The position numbers and the translations under genes are program-made. Shown piece after piece: positions 6,499 through 15,450 of a stretch of DNA of 15,667 nucleotides; position 1 is the first letter of the stretch; every line of letters begins with the position of its first letter. The stretch is from Bdellovibrionota bacterium (GTDB taxonomy: Bacteria > Bdellovibrionota_C > UBA2361 > OMIW01). The DNA is taken from NCBI GenBank assembly GCA_044345055.1, contig JBIJBT010000066.1, positions 1 through 15,667 of the forward strand, read 5' to 3'. The notes below the pieces were generated by a model. It searched no databases and was not told the DNA's origin. It worked only from the letters and a program-made list of their open reading frames with translations.

Positions 6499-9400
6499 GT
6501 GGCGAATCGGCGTTCTCTTATAATCAACCGGGCTCGAGAGCATAATCTTAAAGATATCTCACTCACGATACCTCACGATTCTTTCACCGTTATTACGGGT
6601 CTTTCTGGTTCGGGAAAATCATCTCTTGCGTTTGATACGATCTACGCCGAGGGTCAGCGACGGTATCTTGAAACCTTTAGCCCCTATATTCGGCAATTTT
6701 TTGATAAGGTTAAAAAACCTGCCGTTGAATCGGTCGACAATGTTCGACCAACTATCGCAATTCAGCAACGAACTCGTGTTGTCAATTCGCGCTCGACCGT
6801 TGGTTCGATGACCGGAATTCTCGATTATCTGAGAACTATATGGAACGCGCTTGCACAACCGGTGTGTGGAACGTGTGGTATATCTCTCGAGCAGTGGAGC
6901 CCCTCTGAATTAGCAAAACGAATTGGCTCAATTGTATCGCTTTTTCCTGAGCACACATTTCTCATCGCAGCTCCGATCACTATTCCGAAAAAAAAGGGCG
7001 CTCTCAGAGGAGAGATCGCACGACTTGCACTACTTGGATTCTCGCGGATTCTTATTCCCCATTCAGGGTCTATCGTGAGAATTGATCGAGAGGGAGCTGT
7101 TGGTGAGATCGGCAACATTGAGGAGTTTCTTGTTGTTCTTGATCGCTTTTCGGCTGAGTCTTTTGATAGTTCACGTATTCGAGAAGGGGTCGACCAGGCG
7201 TTTACTCTTGCTCAGGGAGGTTGCTCTCTTGTTCGATTATCATCGCCTGATTCCAATCGTCGTCGACTCGCGACGATTGGACATGAAGGAGAGGCTCGAT
7301 CGCAAATAGGGGTTCAGTATGATCGCAGCGATTTTTGGGAACGGCCCCGTTGCGTCCGATCAACTACATCGCTTCAACGACCCCGACCTGCTCTTTTCTC
7401 CTTTAATCATCCACTCGGCGCGTGTCCGACCTGCAAAGGATTTGGCAGTGTGCTTGTAACCGATCTCGAGAAGTGCATCCCAAATCCTAATCTTTCTCTC
7501 TCTCAAGGATGCATTGCATGTTGGAGTGGAGAATCGAGTGCATCAGAGCGGCGCTCCCTTGCAACATTTTGTTCTCAACGTGGTATTCCGATGAATGTGC
7601 CCTGGTCGGCGCTATCTGAGGCTCACCGAAGTGAGATTATTTCATCAAAAACAAAGCAATACTGGGGAATCGAGCCGTGGTTCAGCTGGCTCGAGAAAAA
7701 AAGTTACAAAATGCATGTTCGGGTGTTTCTCACCCGCTACCGAAAACAGGCGGTCTGTAATTCGTGTAATGGGCGACGGCTTAAAAACGATGCCCTCGGT
7801 TATCTGATTGATGGTCTTACGATAGCTGACATCTGGGCAAAGCCGGTTTCAGAGATTACAGAATGGCTTTCGGTGCTCCAAAAAAAATGTGCCTCTGGTG
7901 GTCCGATCCCGAGAGAGGTGCAGGAGGTTTTTCGTGCAACCGAGTCGCGATTACGGTTTCTTATCGATCTGGGATTGCCCTATCTCACTCTAGATCGGCA
8001 GGCTCGCACCCTTTCGGGTGGTGAAACTCAGCGGGTAAATCTTGCAGGAGCGCTCGGTAGCGGGCTCACTTCGACTCATTTTGTGCTTGATGAGCCCTCG
8101 GTTGGTCTTCATCCAAGAGATAGCGAGCGGCTCCTCGCCTCTCTAAAAACGCTACATGCTCAGGGCAATACCGTCACCGTTGTTGAGCACGATCCACTCA
8201 TTATTAGCGCGGCTGATGATATTATTGAACTTGGTCCAAAAGGAGGCTCTGAGGGTGGATCGATTATCTATCACGGTCCGGCAAGTGAATGGAGTGGAAT
8301 AGATTTTTCTCCTCCTCCCCGATCCGCTCCGCCTAAAACCAAAAAGCAGGAATATCTTGTCGTAAAAAATGGAGCGGCTCGCAATATTACTGGACTCTCC
8401 GTTTCTCTTCCGCTCGGGAGATTTATCTGCATCACGGGTGTCTCTGGATGCGGAAAAAGTACCTTCGTTCAGGAGATACTCGCGAAGGAATATGAAAGGC
8501 ACACTCTTGGGCTTGCTCCAATTAATCCAGTAGAAGGATATAATCAGATTCGTCAGCTTCTTATAGTTGATCAATCTCCTCTATCAAAAACTCCTCGCGC
8601 GAATGTTGCTACATACTCAAAAATCTGGGAGCCGATTCGCTCTCTTCTTGCAAACACGGATGATGCCCGTTCGCGTGCGCTAACTAAGTCGTCCTTCTCC
8701 TTTAATGTACCTGGTGGAAGGTGTCTTCAGTGCGAGGGCAGCGGTTTTATTCGGGAGGATATGCAATTTCTCTCTGATGTGTACATCGAGTGTGAGGGTT
8801 GCCTCGGAAAACGTTTTCAACCATCCGTACTTGAGGTGAGCTGGAGAGGACGCTCAGTTGATGATATTTTGCAAACCTCGGTCGATGATGCTGTATCTCT
8901 TTTTGGAGATATTAACGCGATAAAAAAGCCACTTGAGATTATATCTTCTCTTGGTCTTGGTCATCTTACCCTCGGACACTCGCTGAGCGAACTCTCAGGT
9001 GGAGAGGCGCAACGGCTAAAGCTTGTGCCACTTATCAGCGGAGCAGAGGAGGATCGGGCTTTAGTAATTTTCGATGAACCAACGACTGGGCTCCATGTTC
9101 GCGATCTATTCCGACTCGTATCGGTGGGTCGTCAACTTCGGGACGCAGGCCATACTGTGCTTGCCGTCGAGCATAATCTCTCATTTATCAACGAGGCAGA
9201 TTGGGTCGTTGATATGGGGCCAGAGGGTGGAAAGGATGGAGGAAGGGTTGTTTTTTGTGGCACACCTGAGGAGCTGGCTGAATCTGAATCAGGACACACG
9301 TCACGATACCTGAAGCAGTATCGTGATGAATCTGAGAGATGCGCCGCTACGGTACCGAATGTACCACCTGTCGAGCGTGAAGAGGCGAGATATATCAGGA

Positions 9401-11844
9401 TTCGAGGGGCGCGCGAACACAATCTTCGAGAAATTGATCTTGATATTCCGCTCGGAAAAACGGTGGCATTAACGGGAGTTAGTGGCTCGGGTAAATCAAC
9501 CATTGCAAGGGACATTCTATTTGCTGAGGGACAGCGTCGTTATCTTGATTGCCTCTCGCCCTACGCGCAACAATTTATCCAACAGATTAAACGTCCCGAT
9601 CTTGAACATCTGGAAAATATTCCTCCAAGTATCTACGTCTCTCAACATTTAAGCCGACCTGGTCCCCTTTCAACTTTGGGTACCCTTACCGAGGTTTATA
9701 ATTTTTTGCGTCTTTTGTACGTTAAGCTCGGTACTCAGTTTTGTGTAAACCATCCAGACCAGCAGATTGAGGGTGGATCGCTGAGTGATATGATCTCATT
9801 TGTGCGGCGATTCCCATCGTCCGAACTCCGGATTCTGGCCCCCGTTATTTCAAAAAAGAAGGGAAATCACAAAGCAGTTTTTGAACGGGCTCAAAATTCA
9901 GAGATTCGGGAAGTTAGAGTTGATGGAATCTTTCAAAAAACGTCTAGTGTCCTTGAGGGGCTCGAAAAATCAAAGGTTCACTCAATAGATTTTGTTATTG
10001 GAAAAATTAATCCATCACGCACTGACGATGAAATGATCGGTTCTGCTCTCTCTCTTGCGCTGAGCGTTGGGAATGGTCAGGCAATCGTGGTTTCGAGTTT
10101 AGGAGATTCTATTCTTAGCTCGAGTCGGATGTGTCCGATCTGCAAGACAGGGTATTTAAAGCTCGATCCAGAGGACCTTAGCTTTCACTCGAAGCGGGGC
10201 CAGTGTTGTGATTGTGGAGGGCTTGGCGTTTCAAAGAGTGAGCAGATATGCCCGAGCTGTAATGGAACAAGACTTAATGCGATTGGGAACTCAGTGCAGC
10301 TTCAGGGGCTCTCTCTCGGGAATTTGGCGTCCCGAAATGCTCATGATATTTCTCATCACATTAGCTCGCTGACTCTATCAAACTACCAGAAAACATTAGC
10401 CGAACCGATCATCTCGGAGATTTCCAGCCGATTGAATCACCTGATTGCGCTCGGACTTGGCTCTATTCCGCTTAGTCGCTCGAGTAATTCAGTCTCTGGA
10501 GGAGAGCTTCAACGGTTACGGCTTGCCGCTGCTATGGGTTCTCCACTCTCCGGTGTTCTCTATATTTTTGATGAACCGAGCGCTGGGCTCCACCCCTCCG
10601 ATAATCGTTTAGTTATAAATCAAATTGAAAAGGTTCGTGATGCGGGAAATACGGTCGTTGTGATCGAACACGACAGCGAGACAATTCAGGCGTGCGAACA
10701 TCTGATTGCAGTAGGACCCGGCGGTGGAAAAGATGGTGGCTCAATTGTTTTTGATGGTTCAATGCCAGCGGCGGGAGGAGGGATCGTGAATGATCCAGCT
10801 ATTTTTGAAGTTCACGCCCCGACTCAGAAGTACAAAGCAATTTCTGATAGTGAAGAGTGCGGCTTCCTTCATGTTACTGGAAGTTCGCGAACGATAAACG
10901 ATATTGATCTTCATATACCGCTCACGCAGCTTGTCGTTATTGCGGGGGTATCGGGTGCGGGTAAAAGCACTCTTTTGCACGAGATGATCGGCGCAACAAT
11001 CGCTGAGGGTAAGAAGAAAAAAAGTGCTTATGTACGGGGTGATTGTTCAATAACGTTGCCCGATGAGATCTCCCGAGTTGTGACGATCGATCAGACACCT
11101 ATCGGAACTAATTCCCGCTCGACTCCCGCATCTTACCTAAAGATTTGGGATGAGATACGAAAGCTTTTTGCTACCACTATTGAGGCGAAAACCCTCGGCT
11201 GGAAGGTAGGGGATTTTTCCTTTAATACTGGAAAGGGAAGATGCGCGGAGTGTAAAGGGCTTGGAACTATCACGTTAGAGATGAATTTTCTTGCCGATGC
11301 TTCGATGGTGTGTGAATCGTGCGGAGGTAAGCGATTTATAGACGATCTTCATCATATTCGATTTCAGGGCCGCTCGATTACCGAGGTTCTTGGTCTAACC
11401 TTTGGTGATGCCCGCGACCTATTTCGGGCGCATACCAAGATTCATCGGGCACTAGCTCTTGCTTGCGATCTTGGGCTTGATTATCTGAGTATCGGTCAGT
11501 GTTCCTCTACTCTCTCAGGTGGTGAGGCGCAGCGAATAAAATTAGTACAAGAGCTCGCTCAACAACGGGTAAGCAAAACGCTCTATCTTCTAGATGAGCC
11601 AACGATCGGTCTTCATAGGGCTGATGTTGCTAGGCTGATGGCAACTCTTCGCTCGCTCGTTGGTCGGGGACATTCGGTAATTGTGATCGAGCATGATCGA
11701 GATGTCGTCTGCGCGGCTGATTATTTGATTGAGCTAGGACCGGGAGCAGGGGAAGATGGCGGAAAGATAGTATTTGCGGGTAAGGCTCAAGACTTGCCTC
11801 GCAGTGATACGGCGTGGGGGCGGGAGCTGCGGCGAGGAGCTTAA
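6499..11844 (+). CDS. uvrA: Excinuclease ABC subunit A, double-length (two UvrA modules in tandem)
   Basis: AREHNL at both module starts (~6532 and ~9409); four Walker A motifs (6598, 8437, 9475, 10945), four (L/V)SGGE.QR signatures, four DEP Walker B motifs, two EGQRRYL motifs and multiple CxxC zinc sites. The start is uncertain (GTG 6499 preferred; GTG 6487 and TTG 6469 are in frame). Confidence 0.96.
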   Translation: MANRRSLIINRAREHNLKDISLTIPHDSFTVITGLSGSGKSSLAFDTIYAEGQRRYLETFSPYIRQFFDKVKKPAVESVDNVRPTIAIQQRTRVVNSRSTVGSMTGILDYLRTIWNALAQPVCGTCGISLEQWSPSELAKRIGSIVSLFPEHTFLIAAPITIPKKKGALRGEIARLALLGFSRILIPHSGSIVRIDREGAVGEIGNIEEFLVVLDRFSAESFDSSRIREGVDQAFTLAQGGCSLVRLSSPDSNRRRLATIGHEGEARSQIGVQYDRSDFWERPRCVRSTTSLQRPRPALFSFNHPLGACPTCKGFGSVLVTDLEKCIPNPNLSLSQGCIACWSGESSASERRSLATFCSQRGIPMNVPWSALSEAHRSEIISSKTKQYWGIEPWFSWLEKKSYKMHVRVFLTRYRKQAVCNSCNGRRLKNDALGYLIDGLTIADIWAKPVSEITEWLSVLQKKCASGGPIPREVQEVFRATESRLRFLIDLGLPYLTLDRQARTLSGGETQRVNLAGALGSGLTSTHFVLDEPSVGLHPRDSERLLASLKTLHAQGNTVTVVEHDPLIISAADDIIELGPKGGSEGGSIIYHGPASEWSGIDFSPPPRSAPPKTKKQEYLVVKNGAARNITGLSVSLPLGRFICITGVSGCGKSTFVQEILAKEYERHTLGLAPINPVEGYNQIRQLLIVDQSPLSKTPRANVATYSKIWEPIRSLLANTDDARSRALTKSSFSFNVPGGRCLQCEGSGFIREDMQFLSDVYIECEGCLGKRFQPSVLEVSWRGRSVDDILQTSVDDAVSLFGDINAIKKPLEIISSLGLGHLTLGHSLSELSGGEAQRLKLVPLISGAEEDRALVIFDEPTTGLHVRDLFRLVSVGRQLRDAGHTVLAVEHNLSFINEADWVVDMGPEGGKDGGRVVFCGTPEELAESESGHTSRYLKQYRDESERCAATVPNVPPVEREEARYIRIRGAREHNLREIDLDIPLGKTVALTGVSGSGKSTIARDILFAEGQRRYLDCLSPYAQQFIQQIKRPDLEHLENIPPSIYVSQHLSRPGPLSTLGTLTEVYNFLRLLYVKLGTQFCVNHPDQQIEGGSLSDMISFVRRFPSSELRILAPVISKKKGNHKAVFERAQNSEIREVRVDGIFQKTSSVLEGLEKSKVHSIDFVIGKINPSRTDDEMIGSALSLALSVGNGQAIVVSSLGDSILSSSRMCPICKTGYLKLDPEDLSFHSKRGQCCDCGGLGVSKSEQICPSCNGTRLNAIGNSVQLQGLSLGNLASRNAHDISHHISSLTLSNYQKTLAEPIISEISSRLNHLIALGLGSIPLSRSSNSVSGGELQRLRLAAAMGSPLSGVLYIFDEPSAGLHPSDNRLVINQIEKVRDAGNTVVVIEHDSETIQACEHLIAVGPGGGKDGGSIVFDGSMPAAGGGIVNDPAIFEVHAPTQKYKAISDSEECGFLHVTGSSRTINDIDLHIPLTQLVVIAGVSGAGKSTLLHEMIGATIAEGKKKKSAYVRGDCSITLPDEISRVVTIDQTPIGTNSRSTPASYLKIWDEIRKLFATTIEAKTLGWKVGDFSFNTGKGRCAECKGLGTITLEMNFLADASMVCESCGGKRFIDDLHHIRFQGRSITEVLGLTFGDARDLFRAHTKIHRALALACDLGLDYLSIGQCSSTLSGGEAQRIKLVQELAQQRVSKTLYLLDEPTIGLHRADVARLMATLRSLVGRGHSVIVIEHDRDVVCAADYLIELGPGAGEDGGKIVFAGKAQDLPRSDTAWGRELRRGA

Positions 11845-11846
11845 GT

Positions 11847-13376
11847 TTAAACTTTTTGCGTTGGAGGTAAGTTAGAATGAAGGAAGGTAATCACCGACTT
11901 TCGAAGCGTAATGATGTGATTCTTTACATCGCTCCATAGAATGTCCCGATGGGAAGCATTCACCCCATCACCTTCATAGAAAGATTTACCCGACTCTGTC
12001 GGAAGTGATGCCCACTCCATCGCTAGCTCTAAAGCTGCTTTTTTTGCAGATGGTTGTCCCATTGCCAAAAATGCTCCAACATCTTGCCTTTTTTCAAAAA
12101 GAATTGCTAAACAGAGGAGATCCTGATTGAGTTTAGAGAATAGATCGGTGATTTTTAAAGGCCTCAGATAACCACTCTCATCAACTGTACCCGTTGATGA
12201 ATTTTCAATCGTCTCTTTAATTGTCGCGTATAACATCTGGTATCGGCCAGCGGCATGAATATCTTTGCTCAATTGCTTTTCCATGACCTCAGAGATCGGC
12301 ATCTCTGTGAGCTTTATACCAAACTTTTCAGCTGAATTATGAGTCCAATCGAAGCCCTCTTTATTGGGCCAGTTCACCGTGTCATAAAATCCCTCCCCCT
12401 TTGAGATCAGGGCCATCATATTCTCAAGGGAACCAACGATAGAGATAGGAATCGCTGTAAAAAGCTGATCTCTTTGCTCTGGTGTTGAATAGGTTGATTC
12501 TCGCTCAATTTCACCTGAGGTTTTCTCTGAAAAAGCGATATCTTTTGCCTTTAATACCCGATTTAAAAAATCCGCAATGACAACCTTTGCACGCTCGACC
12601 TTCTCGGGAACTTCGAGGAGTGCTACCTCATTGTTATCAAAAATCCCCTTTATATTTTCATTTAACCATGCAGTGCTGTACGACTTATCAGTAAGAAGGT
12701 GAGTCTTGATACGCTCCAATCCATCTTTGCCACCCTCTTTTCTGAGTTTATCTAACTCTTCAAGATACCCAATGGCTCCATTGATTCCACCCTCGGTGAA
12801 AAGGGCGATTGTAACAACTGCCCTCACAGCCTCAGAAGGAAGCGGTTCGATCGATCCTATCGGTTTTGCGAGTTGCTCAATAGCACCGGAGAATCTGAAT
12901 ATATCAGCAGAGCTGGCTGATTTGAGATATTTCGGTAATTTTGATTCCTCCTCTGGTGTGAATATCCCCTCCCTCTTGGTAAAAGAGGGGAGAAGCAGGT
13001 TCGCAATTCGAGGATTAAGAAGCTTTTTCTCCTCCAGAGCTCTCAGTTGATCTTTAATTGGATCAACTAATTCTGAACTTCGTGAGAATGACTCAAAAGA
13101 AAATGGAGAGTTCGAAGCGGGTGAACAGGGGAAAAGAGGGATTACAGGTGGCTCCGAAAGGATGGAAAGATTCGGGAATTTGAGATTTTGCGATGATTCG
13201 CACGGAGCGGATAGCGGAAACAGGGGAGACGGAGATGGGTTCAGAAGTGGTATTATAATCTGATTATTAGGTGAATTTATGTATAAAGTAAGCAGAGCGT
13301 GCGCGGGATCAACTACTCCGCCGGCTGATACAACGGCGGCACTTCCAAGACTGCCCCATCTTTGACCCAAAGTCAT
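11847..13376 (-). CDS. Hypothetical protein with C-terminal lysozyme-like (lambda-lysozyme/GH104-like muramidase) domain
   Basis: ATG 13376 preferred (GGAGG upstream) over GTG 13418. The C-terminal ~180 aa have LISKGEG.YD.VN, LTEMPISEV, HAAGRYQM, FSKLNQD, LAMEWASLP and GKSFYEGDGVN, matching the ordered motifs of lambda-type lytic enzymes. The N-terminus is Pro/Ser-rich and the middle region is unrecognised. Confidence 0.78.
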   Translation of the reverse strand: MTLGQRWGSLGSAAVVSAGGVVDPAHALLTLYINSPNNQIIIPLLNPSPSPLFPLSAPCESSQNLKFPNLSILSEPPVIPLFPCSPASNSPFSFESFSRSSELVDPIKDQLRALEEKKLLNPRIANLLLPSFTKREGIFTPEEESKLPKYLKSASSADIFRFSGAIEQLAKPIGSIEPLPSEAVRAVVTIALFTEGGINGAIGYLEELDKLRKEGGKDGLERIKTHLLTDKSYSTAWLNENIKGIFDNNEVALLEVPEKVERAKVVIADFLNRVLKAKDIAFSEKTSGEIERESTYSTPEQRDQLFTAIPISIVGSLENMMALISKGEGFYDTVNWPNKEGFDWTHNSAEKFGIKLTEMPISEVMEKQLSKDIHAAGRYQMLYATIKETIENSSTGTVDESGYLRPLKITDLFSKLNQDLLCLAILFEKRQDVGAFLAMGQPSAKKAALELAMEWASLPTESGKSFYEGDGVNASHRDILWSDVKNHIITLRKSVITFLHSNLPPTQKV

Positions 13377-13416
13377 TCCCAAATCCCTCCATAAAATCTG
13401 AACGCACACCGTCTCC

Positions 13417-13446
13417 ACTAGACCAATAAACTAGGAGCTATGTCAA
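13417..13446 (-). promoter_or_regulatory. Possible sigma70-type promoter for the muramidase-domain gene
   Basis: Perfect TTGACA on the minus strand (13441-13446) in the 77-bp gap. The best -10 is only TCTAGT at 18-bp spacing and lacks the conserved -11 A. Confidence 0.25.
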
Positions 13447-13453
13447 TACCACT

Positions 13454-15031
13454 CTACCCCCGCAACACCCGCACTGTGTACCCTTTCGGAGTTTGCGCCT
13501 CTTCTAGTCGGGTGCGCTCAGGTGCGGGGGCAGCATCTTTTCTTCGGTCAAATATTACGAGGGTACCGTGGGTGAGGTTGAGGCCATCAAGATACATCTC
13601 AATCTGCAAAAGCCCTTGCGTAATAGGATCGGGGCGCCCTTCTCGCCAAACTTTCAGCTCAAACGCCTCTCGTTGCCACTCCCGAGAGGTCGCTGCTGAT
13701 GGGTGGGGCCACCGGATGAGAAGATCTATCCGACCACGGCCCACACCATATTCACGATCAATAATACCACCACCATTAACAACTCTTTGTAGCCACGCCA
13801 TGAAGACAAGCTGCGCCGATGCCTCGTTATAATAAGACGAAGAGAGCATAGACTCGGCATTTTCTGACCACCACGTCATGAACTCTTTTAGGATTACCTC
13901 TACATCGAGAAGACCAGACGATGTGACGTAGGATCGTTTCCCAAGGTCGATTGAATCGGCCGCTCGATGCGAGAGCACCCGAACAATCACCTCACGATAG
14001 ATGGGGTTTGCGATGCGTACCGGTGATTTCTGCGCTATAAGCCCCAGATCCCGCACATACAAAACATCATTCTCGTACCCACTATCCCCCTCTGTCATCA
14101 ACCCCGCAAGTACAGGCTCTATCACATTCCTAACACGCGTCTCTTGGAGCTTATCCACAAGAGAATCAAGGTGCGTCTGTCGCTCGATTATTAGGTTCTG
14201 CGCAGCACGCTCTATATCGAGTGGTGTTATTGTCTGGTCTGATGGGATTCCCATCTTACGCACAACCTGACGCGCAAGAGCGTTCACTAACCACGGCTGA
14301 CCTTCAGTGAGCTCCCATGCTTTTAAAATAGCTTCATCCTCAAACTGCTGACCGGTAGCAGCTGTGTGTTGGTGATAGAGGGTGCGTACCTCTTCTTCAG
14401 TAAAGTTAGCTAAACGAAGTGATTCAGTCTTAATGTTAAACGGGCTCGCTGTGCCAAGACGAGGGCTGCCGCCTGAGAGCACTTTATAGTCTCTAACATC
14501 GCGGAGACCGCACAACGCTATGCTGTGTGGGAAGTTCTTCGGGCGGTCGGTAAAGCCGTCCCTAATCTGACGAAGCACACTAATGAGAGACTCATCATAA
14601 ATGGCATCAATTTCATCAAAAAAAAGAACTAGTGGCCGAGGAGATTTTTGTGCCCAGTTCGTCAAAGCAGCATTTATCTGAGAACCCACTGGCGCCACCG
14701 GAGGCTCGGGGCATCGTAATTCAGGGGGGAGATGGTTATTACACGCTTTCAGCAGGGAGTGAATAATAACAGCCTCTACCTTAGCAATATCATTCCCAAA
14801 CGGCTGCCCTTGCTCACACGAAAGCCGAAGCGCAGTATATGTCCCCTCCAAGGTAAGCTGCGAAGCAAGCACCTCCAACACCGTCGTCTTTCCTGTTTGG
14901 CGTGGAGCGTGGACAACAAAATATTGGCTTTCGTCGATAAGAGAACGAATATCCCCGATGCGGGTGAGAGGATCTATCATGTAATGCTCATGTGCACGAC
15001 ACGGGCCCGCAGTGTTGAAGAATTTTTTCAT
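13454..15031 (-). CDS. AAA-like ATP-binding protein with C-terminal PD-(D/E)XK nuclease domain
   Basis: FFNTAGPC, Walker A HAPRQTGKTT, Walker B LFFDEID, SPFNI, TEGQPWLVNAL; C-terminal REYGVGRGRIDLLI...AFELK...QGLLQIEMY nuclease motif; AGGT upstream of the ATG. Confidence 0.9.
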   Translation of the reverse strand: MKKFFNTAGPCRAHEHYMIDPLTRIGDIRSLIDESQYFVVHAPRQTGKTTVLEVLASQLTLEGTYTALRLSCEQGQPFGNDIAKVEAVIIHSLLKACNNHLPPELRCPEPPVAPVGSQINAALTNWAQKSPRPLVLFFDEIDAIYDESLISVLRQIRDGFTDRPKNFPHSIALCGLRDVRDYKVLSGGSPRLGTASPFNIKTESLRLANFTEEEVRTLYHQHTAATGQQFEDEAILKAWELTEGQPWLVNALARQVVRKMGIPSDQTITPLDIERAAQNLIIERQTHLDSLVDKLQETRVRNVIEPVLAGLMTEGDSGYENDVLYVRDLGLIAQKSPVRIANPIYREVIVRVLSHRAADSIDLGKRSYVTSSGLLDVEVILKEFMTWWSENAESMLSSSYYNEASAQLVFMAWLQRVVNGGGIIDREYGVGRGRIDLLIRWPHPSAATSREWQREAFELKVWREGRPDPITQGLLQIEMYLDGLNLTHGTLVIFDRRKDAAPAPERTRLEEAQTPKGYTVRVLRG

Positions 15032-15218
15032 AGCTACCTAAATATTAGCGGTGCGACATCCGCGCCCTGAACCAATTCAGGGTTTGTGTATATTCTCAAC
15101 AGATTTGGGCGGGTGCGGGAAGGTGTCCTTTGTTCGTTCGAGAGTGACGGAAGGGTAGGCTTTTTCGGGAAAAAGGCTCTGTTATTAAACGAGTTGTTTT
15201 AATCGAATTGGATTCTCG

Positions 15219-15389
15219 ATGATCAAAGGATTCCAACTACCACTTCCAACTATAACAGATTTGTTCCATAAACCGGACCCTTGGTCGCTGCGAGGAGAAA
15301 ATCTATTGGCTGCGGGAGCGTTTGTTGGGGCTAATATTATGGCCGATTGGTGGCCGGGAAATTATTTTCTTCTGATGGTTTGCCACTGA
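15219..15389 (+). pseudogene. 56-codon ORF, possible decayed gene remnant
   Basis: ATG 15219 to TGA 15389 translates as MIKGFQLPLPTITDLFHKPDPWSLRGENLLAAGAFVGANIMADWWPGNYFLLMVCH. It is below the ORF-track cutoff and has no clear SD. Confidence 0.2.
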
Positions 15390-15450
15390 GACTGAAGGTC
15401 GAGTAGTCGCTGCAGTTTTGGAGGTTTTGTGGTGACTTCTTTTTTATTTG

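Noticed and set aside
6619..10980. Numerous short ORFs inside uvrA
   Set aside because: Shadow or alternate-frame ORFs of a continuous, motif-rich CDS.
15231..15253. TTCCAACTA direct repeat, two copies
   Set aside because: Only two 9-bp copies 13 bp apart; not a CRISPR array or iteron set.
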